From Alphaproteobacteria bacterium (GTDB lineage Bacteria > Pseudomonadota > Alphaproteobacteria > Bin95), in NCBI GenBank assembly GCA_965205265.1, contig CBDBGH010000003.1, positions 352,001 through 416,000 of the forward strand: DNA of 64,000 bases. Direction: 5' to 3'. The translations under genes and the position numbers were made by a program. The number at the start of each line of letters is the position of its first letter. Within the stretch, counting starts at the first letter, position 1. Positions 25,533 to 35,888 of this stretch are shown here, piece by piece. The notes below the pieces were generated by a model that saw only the letters and a program-made list of their open reading frames with translations, made no database searches and was not told the origin of the DNA.

Positions 25533-27833
25533 ATGCACGTCGTCGTCGTCGAATCGCCGGCCAAGGCGAAGACCGTCCGGGCCTGTCTCGGCCCGGGCCA
25601 CACGGTCATCGCCACCCGGGGCCATGTGAAGGACCTGCCGGCAAGGGACGGCTCGGTCGATCCGGGGCGCGGTTTCGCCCTCGTCTACGCCACCGGACGC
25701 AGCGCGGCGCGCACGCTGCGCTCGATCGCGGACGCGCTCAAGGGGGCGGACGCGCTGGTGCTCGCCACCGACCCCGACCGCGAGGGCGAGGCCATCGCCT
25801 GGCAGGTGCTGTCGTGGCTCGAAGAGAAGGACGCGCTCAAGGGCAAACCCGTGCGCCGGGTGGTGTTCCACGAGGTGACGAAGGAAGCGGTACGCGCCGC
25901 GATGGCTCGTCCGCGCGCGATCGACATGGACCTTGTGCGCGCCCAGCAGGCGCGGCGCGCTCTCGACTACCTGGTGGGCTTCAACCTCTCGCCGGTGCTG
26001 TGGCGCAAGGTCCGCGGCGGGCGCTCGGCCGGGCGCGTGCAGTCGGTGGCGCTCAGGCTCGTCTGCGAGCGCGAGGCGGAGATCGAGGCGTTCCTGCCGG
26101 AGGAGTACTGGACCGTCGAGGCCGGCGTCACGGCGGAGCGCGGCGGCAGCTTCACCGCCCGCCTCGCCGGGCTCGACGGCGAGGCGCTCGGCCGCCATGC
26201 GCTCGGGACAGGCAAGAGCGCCGAAGAGGCCGCGCGGCGCATCCGCGAGGGCGTCTTCCGGGTGGCGAAGCTGGAGCGCGACACCGTCCGGCGCGACCCG
26301 GTCCCGCCCTTCATCACCTCGACGCTTCAGCAGGAGGCCTCCCGCCGGCTCGGCTTCGGGGTGCGCAAGACCATGCGGATCGCCCAGGCGCTCTACGAAG
26401 GCGTCGATCTCGACGGCGCGGCGGCGGGCCTCATCACCTACATGCGCACCGACAGCGTGGCCCTGTCCGGGAGCGCCGCCGCCGCCGCGCGACAGATCGT
26501 GCACGACAGCTTCGGCCCGGACTACCTTCCCGCCAGGCCGCGCGTCTTCCGCTCGCGCGCGCGCAACGCCCAGGAGGCGCATGAGGCGATCCGCCCTACC
26601 GACCTTGCGCGCACACCGGATACAGTCGAAGGTCGCCTCGGCACCGACGAGGCCGCGCTCTACGGGCTGATCTGGCAACGCGCCGTCGCGAGCCAGATGG
26701 CCGCTGCGAAGCTCGACCGGGTGCGGGTGGAACTCGCCGCCGACGGGGGCGGGGTCGTGCTGACCGCTTCAGGCTCGCAGACCCTGTTCGATGGCTTTCT
26801 CAGAGTCTACCGCGAGGACGATGATGAAGATGACGCCGAGCTGGAGCCCGAGCGGACGTTGCCGGCCATGGCCGAGGGCGAGCGCGTCTTCGTGACGGAG
26901 GTCCACACGGGGCAGCGCTTCACCCGCGCCCCGCCGCGCTACACCGAGGCCGACCTCGTGGGCCGGCTGGAAGAGCTCGGCATCGGCCGGCCCTCGACCT
27001 ATGCCTCCATCGTCGGCGTGCTGCGCGAGCGCGGCTATGCGGTGCTCTACAGGCGCCGCTTCGTGCCGACCGAGCGCGGCCGCGTGGTGACCGCCTTCCT
27101 GGAGGAGTATTTCGAAAACTGGGTGGCCTACGGCTTCACCACCGGCATGGAGGCGGACCTCGACCGCGTGGCCGCGGGCGGGACGGCGTGGACCGGCGTG
27201 CTGAAGGCGTTCTGGGGGCCCTTCGAGGCGGCGCTGGAGAAGGCGGGCGGGCTCAGGCGCGAAGATGTCCGCGACGCCTTGGAAAGCGCCTTGGAGCGCT
27301 ATGCCTTCGCGTCAGCGGGACAGCCGGTGGAACGGGTCTGCCCCGCTTGCCCCGACGGGTGGCTCATGCTCAGGCTCGGCCGTTACGGGCCTTTCGTCAG
27401 CTGCGCGAACTTCCCCGAATGCCGCTACAGCCGTCCGCTCTCCGGAGATCCCGCGGAGGCCGGGGAGAGCGGCAAACATGTCGTCCTCGGCACCGATGGC
27501 GAAACCGGGCTCCCGCTTACCCTGCGCCGCGGCCGCTTCGGGCGCTACATCCAGCTTGGCGAGGACGACGGGGACGTGCGCGCCCCGCGCAGAACCGTCC
27601 CGGCGTCGATGGAGGCCGACGAGATCATCCCGGAACTCGTCCGCGCGCTGCTCGCCCTGCCGCGCACGGTGGGAGTGCACCCCCAGACGGGCAAGACCAT
27701 CCTCGCCGGCATCGGACGCTACGGCGCCTGGCTCAAGCACGGCGCCACCTACGTCCCGCTGCCCGACGACGAGGACGTGCTCGCCGTCGGTCTCAACCGC
27801 GCGGTCGTGCTGGTGGATGCCAGGCTCCCCTGA
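25533..27833 (+). CDS. topA: DNA topoisomerase I (island-borne)
   Basis: VVESPAKAK, LATDPDREGE, SAGRVQS, GLITYMRTD, QEAHEAIRPT, C4 Zn finger. Confidence 0.92.
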   Translation: MHVVVVESPAKAKTVRACLGPGHTVIATRGHVKDLPARDGSVDPGRGFALVYATGRSAARTLRSIADALKGADALVLATDPDREGEAIAWQVLSWLEEKDALKGKPVRRVVFHEVTKEAVRAAMARPRAIDMDLVRAQQARRALDYLVGFNLSPVLWRKVRGGRSAGRVQSVALRLVCEREAEIEAFLPEEYWTVEAGVTAERGGSFTARLAGLDGEALGRHALGTGKSAEEAARRIREGVFRVAKLERDTVRRDPVPPFITSTLQQEASRRLGFGVRKTMRIAQALYEGVDLDGAAAGLITYMRTDSVALSGSAAAAARQIVHDSFGPDYLPARPRVFRSRARNAQEAHEAIRPTDLARTPDTVEGRLGTDEAALYGLIWQRAVASQMAAAKLDRVRVELAADGGGVVLTASGSQTLFDGFLRVYREDDDEDDAELEPERTLPAMAEGERVFVTEVHTGQRFTRAPPRYTEADLVGRLEELGIGRPSTYASIVGVLRERGYAVLYRRRFVPTERGRVVTAFLEEYFENWVAYGFTTGMEADLDRVAAGGTAWTGVLKAFWGPFEAALEKAGGLRREDVRDALESALERYAFASAGQPVERVCPACPDGWLMLRLGRYGPFVSCANFPECRYSRPLSGDPAEAGESGKHVVLGTDGETGLPLTLRRGRFGRYIQLGEDDGDVRAPRRTVPASMEADEIIPELVRALLALPRTVGVHPQTGKTILAGIGRYGAWLKHGATYVPLPDDEDVLAVGLNRAVVLVDARLP

Positions 27834-27971
27834 TCGGCAAGGGGTCTTGTGGAAGCGCGCGGGACCGCACGCGACACGACGGCCCATCCGGTAAGCACAC
27901 TCGTCAACCGTCCTACCAATGACGACCCGCGCTGCGTCGAAGCAATCTCGCTCGCTTGACCTGGACCGCCA

Positions 27972-28409
27972 TACAACTGGGACACCTATATCGGCGAGAC
28001 CACCCTTGCTGATTTCAAAGCGCAAACCGGCATATCGGTCCGAATGGACCTCTATGCCGACAATGACGAGCTGTTCGCGAGGCTGAGGGCCGGCAATCCC
28101 GGCTACGACGTGATCGTGCCGACCGGCGATTTCGTCGAGCGCATGATCGCCGCCGGCATGCTGATGCCGCTCGACCATGCGGCGATTCCCAACATGGCGA
28201 ATATCGAGCCGGCCTTCCGGGACGCCGCCTTCGACCCCGGCCGGCGCCATTCCATCCCCTATATGTGGGGCACGGTGGGCATCGGCTACCGCAAGTCCCC
28301 CTGCGACGGCGCGCCCGACAGCTGGCACCGGCTCTGCGACACGGGCCGCCATAGCGGACACCGAACGCTGCCGAGCAAGGCGGGCATCCCCGCGGGACTT
28401 GAATGTTGA
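27972..28409 (+). pseudogene. PotD/PotF polyamine-binding protein internal fragment
   Basis: YNWDTYI...GYDVIVP...SIPYMWGTVGIGY...PDSW; no signal peptide, truncated. Confidence 0.8.
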
Positions 28410-28840
28410 AGGCGGCACAGGCCGCAGGCCCGCACTGAGGTCATTCGCGCGGCATCGACCCGGCCCGAAGGCGGACAGTAGAGCGCGGCCGTCAGCGCGT
28501 GGCTAAGCCCGTTGGCATGCGCTTCAGCCTGGGCGGCCGCTGAGTAAGGGGATCAAGTCCTCGCGGAAACTGGCAATCCCAATAGGTTGGCCGCTTTCCA
28601 TGCCGCCCGATGCCGTACTTCTCCATGTTGGAGACAACCGCGGTGGCGAGTCTCGAGTTCTTCCCCGCATTTTCGAACATCTCGAAAACACTGCTGCCGA
28701 TAATGGCGCGGAGGGACATGTCGACCGTTTTCGTCTGCGATCGCTGCCGTTCCTGGGCCGGGGATCGCTGGTTCTCGAAGATAAACGAAGGGGCATAGTC
28801 AGCTGCCGTAGAACCATAAGGGAGTCCCTCGATCGAGTGT

Positions 28841-29737
28841 CTACTGCCGCTTCGCGCCGAAGGCGCCGACAATGTTGGACTGCTCGAAGATGCCTGCCGC
28901 CTCGGCATGGCCGGGACCGTAGAAGCCGCCCTGGATTCGCGTACCCGACTGTCCGGATGAAAAGGTTCCGTCCGGAGCCACCGCGAGGTTGGTGAAGAAT
29001 AGCGTCTCGACGCCATGCGTCCTCCCGCGGTCGATGTTCCTGATTCCGCTGAATCCGGCATCGAGTCCTCCGGTGGCCATGTCGTAGTTCAGGGCCGCCG
29101 TCCCGACCAGTCGGTCACCCCGACCCTCCCCGACAGTAGGCGTCCCCACCATGATGCCAAGCCATGAGGCGGACCCGGTCAGCGGGCGATCGGTGAGATC
29201 TCCCAGGGCGGTCGCGCGCAGGGTTTCGCTCTCAACTTCCTCGCTGACAGCGCGCACGCTGTTGAGCGAGAACGAGCCATGCTCCATCCAGGCGCCGAGC
29301 GAGACCGCGTCCAGGCCCATCTGCTGCCTGCTTTGCGACATCAGGGTAACGCCATGCGCGGAGCCGATGGGTTCCATTTCGCCAAGTTCAACCACGGCGT
29401 CATCGAGAGTAGTCGTGTCGGTCTCGCCGGTTGTGGGGTCTAGCAGTTCGCACACCGCTCCGGAGCACTCCGAAAGCTGCCGGATTGTACGGGTCTTGTC
29501 CGAGACCACGAGTTCCGAGTGCGCCGTGGTGACAACCAGGGAATCGGCGCGTGAAACTATATCCTGCAGACGCGCCTGCTGCGCCGCCCCGGTCTCAATC
29601 GGCGCGGACAGGCCGGCCAAGTCCCTGATCTCGCCGGGAGTAGAAGCCAGCCGGGAATTCGAGCCGCCGCTCCCGATGCAGGCCGAAAGCGACAGAACCG
29701 CGGCCGTCGCCAGGCCGCAGGCAGAAAGGAACCTCAT
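28841..29737 (-). CDS. Surface lipoprotein, TbpB-like beta-barrel
   Basis: Lipobox LSAC-IGSGG; GGFYGPGHAEAAGIF...VGAFGAKR. Confidence 0.85.
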   Translation of the reverse strand: MRFLSACGLATAAVLSLSACIGSGGSNSRLASTPGEIRDLAGLSAPIETGAAQQARLQDIVSRADSLVVTTAHSELVVSDKTRTIRQLSECSGAVCELLDPTTGETDTTTLDDAVVELGEMEPIGSAHGVTLMSQSRQQMGLDAVSLGAWMEHGSFSLNSVRAVSEEVESETLRATALGDLTDRPLTGSASWLGIMVGTPTVGEGRGDRLVGTAALNYDMATGGLDAGFSGIRNIDRGRTHGVETLFFTNLAVAPDGTFSSGQSGTRIQGGFYGPGHAEAAGIFEQSNIVGAFGAKRQ

Positions 29738-30329
29738 GCCGGTTTCTCCCTCACATCTGGAAATCCACGGTCGGCTCTGGCGACCGTATTGATGACCGCG
29801 CCGGTATCCGCACCCTTGCGCTGTCGGCCTTACACGGTTCGGGAGTGCGGCGCCCGCAGGATTTTCTCGTGGAACTTTCATGGGGCCGACGAATAAGGTA
29901 TTCGGCCTCTCCGCGTTTTTCGAATTTCATCGATCCGCCGTAGCTAAGGCGGACGCCCCGTCGAGCATCCCGGTACAGATCGAAGCGATCCCGGACATCC
30001 ACAGCATCCCGGACGCTACCGTAGTCCAAAACTATTGGAAAAAACGAGAGGCGGTCAATCTTTCGGCACACAAGTCCCCCGACAGGAACCGGAAACGACA
30101 CACCGCTTGCCGACGTACCTCCCCATTCCGGCGCCTGTCCGATCCTGCCGACAGACCGCGACGGTCTTCAACAAACCGGTAAGAAATATTTCACGGTCTC
30201 GGCCGGGACATTTCCTGCGCCGACAGCCTCTGTCAGCCCAGAAACGAGCGACCGTCCCCATCGGGTGATCCTGCTAATGGCGCAACCGAATCCCTGCCTC
30301 GACAGCCTGCGTGTCGAAGCTTGCAGCAA

Positions 30330-30810
30330 GGCGCTCGATCTCGATATCCCTCATGGTTATATGTCGATAGCCACCGAACATCGTCATGTTCTCGGCCAGA
30401 TCGACCTCGAACCCCACCATCAGCCGATAGACAAAACCGTGTCGTCGCCGGATTCTGCCCTTGCGATGCCCTGCAGGAGCGGCGGCTGAACGGAGAGCGC
30501 CGTGTCGCCATCATGGCGCGCCGATCCCACTCCTGCACCGAAATACGGCCGCACCGGATCTAGGTCGAATGCCTGTCGCGCATCGACCATCGGAGACAAG
30601 GTCACCAAGTTGCCAATCAGCTCGTGGCCGGAAGGGACGGGGATCGAATCGGTCCACAGGCCGCGCATGCCTTCGATATCCGATGTCCGCCGCGCGGCCT
30701 CCAGCTCCACCTGCTGCCTGCTCGCTGTCTCAAAACCGACCGCAAGCGCAAACCCCGCCTCGTCGGACCGTTCGATATCTCCCGTGAACGTCCCGCGGGC
30801 TCGCGCTGCG
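30330..30810 (-). pseudogene. Degraded opacity/OmpA-type outer-membrane beta-barrel
   Basis: GFALAVGF...VELE...VRPYFGAGVG...DDTV, then stop. Confidence 0.55.
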
Positions 30811-30893
30811 TGCAGTCTCTGTTATGGGCCCCGAAGTCCGCTTCCCGGTCCGTGCTCTTGACGCGGCTCATCTCCCGGGTTGCCGCCGGGCGG

Positions 30894-33668
30894 CTACCAC
30901 CGAGCGGTCAAGTCGAAGCCTATCCGGTGCTCGGGCGGACCGTCGTCATTCGCGCTCTCACGCCGCAGCCCTTCCACCCGGAATTCGAAGGCCTGCGGGC
31001 CGCTCCACTGCGACGTCAGCCACCAGCCGAGCATGTAGTCGCGGCCCGTGTTCGACACTCCCACCGCGACCTCCGGCGTCCCCGTCAGGTGGCCGCCGAA
31101 CGCCGGCACGCCGTAGCCCAGCCGCGCCTCGAACCGCCGTCGGCCCGACTCGTCGTCGTTGGCTGCCAGACCCGCCAGGTCGTCGCGCGCGAGCAGCGCA
31201 TCCACGCCGTTCGCATCGAAGGGCCCCAGGGTCTGGTTCAACGACAGCTTCGGCCCGCGCTCCGAGGACAATTGCGGGTCCCAGGTCAGGCCGCCCGAGA
31301 CCCCACGCTCGCTGAAGCCCGACTCCTCGTGGGTCAGCAGACCGCGCGCCTTCACCTCGGCCGAGAGCCCGCGCTTCGGGTCGGACCACGCCACGCCGCC
31401 GCCGACCTCGGTGCCGAACCCGGTCTCGGCATCGCCGCCGTCCACCCGCAGGCCCAGATCCGCGCTCGGGGTCAGGGTGACGCCGTCGCCGACGTCGAAC
31501 GCCCGGCTGCCGTCCAGCACGAGCCGGAGCCGCGTCACCTCGCTCTGGCTCGCCGCCATGCCCGGCGCGGCCTCGCTCCCGGTGCCGACCCACATCGCGT
31601 CGGACCTGACATCGAGCGCGAGACTGTCCTTGTCGTCGAGCAGTCGGCCGGTAACGCCGAGCGCGCCCATGCGCAGGCTGACGTCGGTTTCCATGGCATC
31701 CCGTCCGTCGGGCTTCAGCGCGAGATTGCCCTCGCCTATGCCGGCGAGACCCCAGACCGACATCCGTCTGCTCACATCCAGCTTCGCGTAGGGGTGGACC
31801 CCCGTCAGCGTGCTCTCGACTTTGCCCCTGCCCTTAGAGCCGCCGTAAGTGCCCTCGCCCCGGCTGTGCGACAGCATGAGACCCGCCAGCACCCGGTGCC
31901 ACTCGGCGTCGGCCCCCAGGAATCCGGTGGCGGCGGTTCCGTCGATGGCGGCGCCATCGGCCTCGCCCTCGAATGCGGTGCTCGCGAACCGGCTCCACGC
32001 AACCATGCCCGGGCCACCGGTCTCGCTCTGGTCGGCGGAAAGATGGAACGAGGTGCCGAGCAGGAACTCCCGGGCAGTCATGGTTTGTGTCTGCGCCTCG
32101 CGGTCGTGCTCCCGCCAGTTTCGTTTGTTGTCGGCACCCAGCGCCGGCTCGAGCCATCCGCCGGCAGCAGCGGACTGCCCGCCGAGCGTCAGAGCCGGCT
32201 TCCGACCGGCTGTTCCGTCGAGCCGTCCGATCACCGCTTCCACGGCCTGTCCTGCTATCGTCCGTCCGAACCGGGCTTGCCATGCCTCGAGAACCGGGCG
32301 TCGGTCGAAGCCGATATCCGTCCGGGTCCTCCCTTCCCCCGACTCCGACCAGGCCCCGTCGCCCGCGGCATTGGACGCACGCACTTGCACCTGGTACGAC
32401 GTACCCGGCCGAAGACCCCCGATAGAGGTGGAAAGGCCGCTTACGTCCTGCGGGCCGTCGGTCCAGCCGCCGCTCGACCCCGTCCGGTAGCGCAGATCGT
32501 AGCTTGCGATTGCCGGGCCCGTATTCGACGGGGCGTCCCAACTCACGTCCAGGCCCGGCTTCGTGTTCGCCCTTTCCGTCACCCTCGGCGCCGCCGGCTT
32601 GCCCGGCACCTCCGCCACGTCCGTCACCCGCACCGTCACCGTCACGTCCGTGTTCGACAGCCCGTCGCTCGCCCGCACCGTCAGCGTGAACGCCGACGCC
32701 GGGGTCCCTAAGCCCTCGTAGTTCTCCCCGCTCCCCACATAGGTGAGAACGCCGCTCAGGGTGCCAAGCTCGAACTTGCTCTCCGTGTTCCCCGCCTGAA
32801 TGCTGTAGCTCACTACGTCGCCGGGGTCCGCATCCGTCGCCTTCACCGTTCCCAGAGACAGCGCCGTCACGTTGCCGGCCGCATTCTCCGCAAGATCGAA
32901 CGTATAGCTTGCTGCGTCGAAGGACGGCGCACTGTTCGCCGTCGTCGTCCCTTCCCCCGGATCCGACCAGGCCCCGTCGCCCGCGGCATTGGTCGCACGC
33001 ACTTGCACCTGGTACGACGTACCCGGCCGAAGACCCCCGATAGAGGTGGAAAGGCCGCTTACGTCCTGCGGGCCGCCGGTCCAGCCGCCGCTCGACCCCG
33101 TCCGGTAGCGCAGATCGTAGCTTGCGATTGCCGGGCCCGCATTCGACGGGGCCTCCCAACTCACGTCCAGGCCCGACTTCGTGTTCGCCCTTTCCGTCAC
33201 CCTCGGCGCCGCCGGCTTGCCCGGCACAGTCTGCGTGTTCGCCCTTTCCGTCACCTTCGGCGCTGCCGGCTTGTCCGGCATAGTCTGCCTCGTGCCAAGG
33301 TCAGGCGTCCGTGCCGGTTCGGAGCCGGACGACGACGGCGACCCTGTTGGTGGGGAATCCTGCCCATTGGTGGGACGGCACGGTTTGAATATGACTGGAT
33401 ACGTTCTCCAGAGAGGCTGCCAATCGGCATCGAACACGGTGCCCGCCGGGCACCCGTAGTTCTGGTCGTCGGCAGTGTCCGTTGCAGAAGCCGTCCCGCA
33501 CAGCAGCGCCGTCGAGACAAGGGCACTTGCGAGAATCGGGAAGAGCGCCCTGGCGACGGTCCATGCAGCCCCGGACAGAATTCCTGGAAAAGCTCGGAAA
33601 GAGAAGCGGAAACCCGGCCCGTCATATAGCCGTCGGCGTGAACCGCAAAGGACTGGCAGTCGATGCAT
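30894..33668 (-). CDS. Autotransporter-like adhesin: 2 fibronectin type III domains, cadherin domain, C-terminal beta-barrel (start uncertain)
   Basis: LDVSWxAP...GLRPGTSYQVQVRA twice; ATDAD/TLTVRASDG cadherin motifs; ends FDLTARW. Confidence 0.85.
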   Translation of the reverse strand: MHRLPVLCGSRRRLYDGPGFRFSFRAFPGILSGAAWTVARALFPILASALVSTALLCGTASATDTADDQNYGCPAGTVFDADWQPLWRTYPVIFKPCRPTNGQDSPPTGSPSSSGSEPARTPDLGTRQTMPDKPAAPKVTERANTQTVPGKPAAPRVTERANTKSGLDVSWEAPSNAGPAIASYDLRYRTGSSGGWTGGPQDVSGLSTSIGGLRPGTSYQVQVRATNAAGDGAWSDPGEGTTTANSAPSFDAASYTFDLAENAAGNVTALSLGTVKATDADPGDVVSYSIQAGNTESKFELGTLSGVLTYVGSGENYEGLGTPASAFTLTVRASDGLSNTDVTVTVRVTDVAEVPGKPAAPRVTERANTKPGLDVSWDAPSNTGPAIASYDLRYRTGSSGGWTDGPQDVSGLSTSIGGLRPGTSYQVQVRASNAAGDGAWSESGEGRTRTDIGFDRRPVLEAWQARFGRTIAGQAVEAVIGRLDGTAGRKPALTLGGQSAAAGGWLEPALGADNKRNWREHDREAQTQTMTAREFLLGTSFHLSADQSETGGPGMVAWSRFASTAFEGEADGAAIDGTAATGFLGADAEWHRVLAGLMLSHSRGEGTYGGSKGRGKVESTLTGVHPYAKLDVSRRMSVWGLAGIGEGNLALKPDGRDAMETDVSLRMGALGVTGRLLDDKDSLALDVRSDAMWVGTGSEAAPGMAASQSEVTRLRLVLDGSRAFDVGDGVTLTPSADLGLRVDGGDAETGFGTEVGGGVAWSDPKRGLSAEVKARGLLTHEESGFSERGVSGGLTWDPQLSSERGPKLSLNQTLGPFDANGVDALLARDDLAGLAANDDESGRRRFEARLGYGVPAFGGHLTGTPEVAVGVSNTGRDYMLGWWLTSQWSGPQAFEFRVEGLRRESANDDGPPEHRIGFDLTARW
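32331..33280. repeat. Near-identical ~280-bp FN3 duplication (offset 618 bp) plus partial third copy
   Basis: 32331-32609 ~ 32949-33227; partial copy 33235-33280. Confidence 0.9.
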
Positions 33669-33796
33669 AACAGGGATTCCAATCTTGTAACCGTTTGGCT
33701 TCTGTACTTTTCGCCGCAACCCGATGGCTCCGTTCGATCCCCAGGCGAATGCTTGCGCGACGATGACGCGGTTGTGCGAGTTGAGGTCAGGGTTTC

Positions 33797-33838
33797 CGGT
33801 CCAGGTTGGGATCGAACCTGCGATCTCAAGATTATGGG
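33797..33838 (-). other. Degenerate 3' half of a tRNA(CAT)-like sequence
   Basis: CCCATAA-TCTTG-AGATC-GCAGG-TTCGATC-CCAAC-CTGGACC has tRNA 3'-half spacing; T-stem mismatched. Confidence 0.35.
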
Positions 33839-34311
33839 GATCGAGGTCGATGCGGCATGCGGTGCCTCCAACACGACAATTGAGTGAATCGAGAGCGTTT
33901 TACGATCAACAATGAGGTGTTTGATTGCGGCATGGAAACCTCAAGGAACCAGCCAGCTCTGGGCAATAATCGGCGCATGGCGCTCAATTCTGGGCGCAAG
34001 CAAGCTAACGATGTCAACGTCACGGCCCGACGGCGCCCCCTAGCCCTCGTGCGCGGCTTCCGCCGCTCGCCCCTCTCCTCGAATCTGACCATGGGAGGCC
34101 GTGCGATGTCAATCCCGAATGTTGATTGAAGCGACGGAATTCAGCGGTTGCGGCCTCCTAAAGAATGGCGCTCCACCGTCGCCCCGGCCCCCCGAGCCGG
34201 GGCCTCGCGCCGCAAGGGATATTGCTCGCCGGGAGAGGTCCCGGATCGACGCTGACGCGCCGTCCGGGACGATGGAAAGGGCCTGGCGGTTCTTGCGCGT
34301 TGCCGCCGGTA

Positions 34312-34980
34312 TCACTCATCGTGGAAGCATACCCAGTCGGACAACGGCGCACGCTCGGTGCGCAGGGTGTTCTCGACGGCGTTCTCGTCCTCGTAGCCGA
34401 GCGCCATGCCGCAGACGACGACTTCCTCCTCCGGCATGCCGAGCACCTCGCGCACGACCTCGTGGTAAGGCATCCAGGCGACCTGGGGGCAGCTGTGCAG
34501 GCCGAAGGACCGCGCCGCCACCATGACATTCTCCAGGAACATGCCGTAATCGAGCCAGCTTCCGATCTCCAGCACGCGGTCCACGCTGAAGATGATGCCG
34601 ACCGGCGCGTCGAAGAACATCTGGTTGCGGGCGTGCTGGACGCGCATCTTGTCGGTCTCGCCGCGCTGGATGCCGAGCAGGCCGTAAAGGTCCCAGCCGA
34701 CCTTGCGGCGGCGCGACAGATAAGGCTCCGGGAAGCGGTCGGGATAGTATTTGTATTCGGCCTTCAGCGCCGCGCCGTTTGCGCCGGCGGCGAGCGCGGC
34801 CCGGACCAGCCGTTCGCGCGCCGCGCCGGTCACGACCCGCGCTTTCCAGGGCTGCATGTTGGTGCCGGAAGGCGCGCGGGCCGAGACCTCGAGAATCTCC
34901 CGGACGATTTCCGGCGGCACCGGGTCCGGCCTGAATGCGCGGACGGACCGGCGGGTGGCTATGGCTTCCAGGGCGTGCAC
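34312..34980 (-). CDS. Nitroreductase family protein
   Basis: GTG start; RRSVRAF, APSGTNMQPW, GMALGY. Confidence 0.9.
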   Translation of the reverse strand: MHALEAIATRRSVRAFRPDPVPPEIVREILEVSARAPSGTNMQPWKARVVTGAARERLVRAALAAGANGAALKAEYKYYPDRFPEPYLSRRRKVGWDLYGLLGIQRGETDKMRVQHARNQMFFDAPVGIIFSVDRVLEIGSWLDYGMFLENVMVAARSFGLHSCPQVAWMPYHEVVREVLGMPEEEVVVCGMALGYEDENAVENTLRTERAPLSDWVCFHDE

Positions 34981-35828
34981 GCGGCGACCTCCATGGCAGG
35001 CAGGCTTTCGATGAGGATTCGGTTGACTTCGTCCGGCGCTTCGAAGGCGGCCCAGTGGCCGGCGCCGGCAACGATATGGAAGGGGCAGCCGGGCTGCAGC
35101 CTGTGGAACAGGTCCCGCCGCGTGTGCAGCAGGTCGCCGGCCGTGGCGTCGCGCTCGCCCCATATGCCCTGGATCGGTAGGCCGGCGGCGGCCATCTCGC
35201 CGAGCCTCTGCGCGAGGCTGTCCCCGGCCGGGATGCTGCCGGAGCGGATGCGCGCGCGGCGCGTATTGGCGTTCTGGAGTGCAAGCGCGGCGGCGTCGAT
35301 CCGTTCGGGATCGCCGAACATCTGGAGGCCGAGATTGTGGCGGTGGAGATCGAGGATTTCCGCCTCGCTCATGCCCCGGTTCGGCTTGCGCAAGGCGGCC
35401 TTCGCCGCCAGCGGCAGGCCGAGGGCGTTGGAGCCTATCGCGGTATAGCTGAGCACGCGCGGCATGGCGCGGACGGCGACATGGCCGCCGACAATGCCGC
35501 CGAAGGAAAAACCGACCAGATGGAACGGCTCCGGCGCAAGCCGCTCCAGCCCTTCCGCCAGAATGTCGGCGAGGCTGCCCGCGTCGAACGGCAGGGGCGG
35601 CAGGTCGCTCCCGCCCATGCCCGGCAGGTCGCAGGCCAGCACCCGGAAATGCGCGGCCAGCGCCTCGATATTGCGCAGCCAGTGGGTCCAGGAGCCGAAG
35701 GAGCCGTGCAGCAGCAGCACGGTCCGCCCGGCGCCCCATTCGCGCCAGACCATGCTGCCGTCGCCGCAGGGCGTCTCGTGGCGCCGGGCCGCGCGGTCGA
35801 GCCGGCCCTGGATTTCGGGCATCGTCAT
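34959..35828 (-). CDS. Alpha/beta hydrolase
   Basis: LLLHGSFGSW, GFSFGG nucleophile, GAGHW. Confidence 0.88.
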   Translation of the reverse strand: MTMPEIQGRLDRAARRHETPCGDGSMVWREWGAGRTVLLLHGSFGSWTHWLRNIEALAAHFRVLACDLPGMGGSDLPPLPFDAGSLADILAEGLERLAPEPFHLVGFSFGGIVGGHVAVRAMPRVLSYTAIGSNALGLPLAAKAALRKPNRGMSEAEILDLHRHNLGLQMFGDPERIDAAALALQNANTRRARIRSGSIPAGDSLAQRLGEMAAAGLPIQGIWGERDATAGDLLHTRRDLFHRLQPGCPFHIVAGAGHWAAFEAPDEVNRILIESLPAMEVAACTPWKP

Positions 35829-35888
35829 GCTTGGTTTCGAACGGGGCGATAGAGTAAGTTTCCACCGGAGTGATAGGGGAGGAAGGCC

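Larger units (their letters stand above)
9946..34100. mobile_element. Mosaic integrative/mobilizable genomic island (right boundary approximate)
   Basis: Relaxase, RHH mob genes, tyrosine recombinases, HU, TopA, many pseudogenes, heterogeneous GC; interrupts the DMFase gene. Confidence 0.75.
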
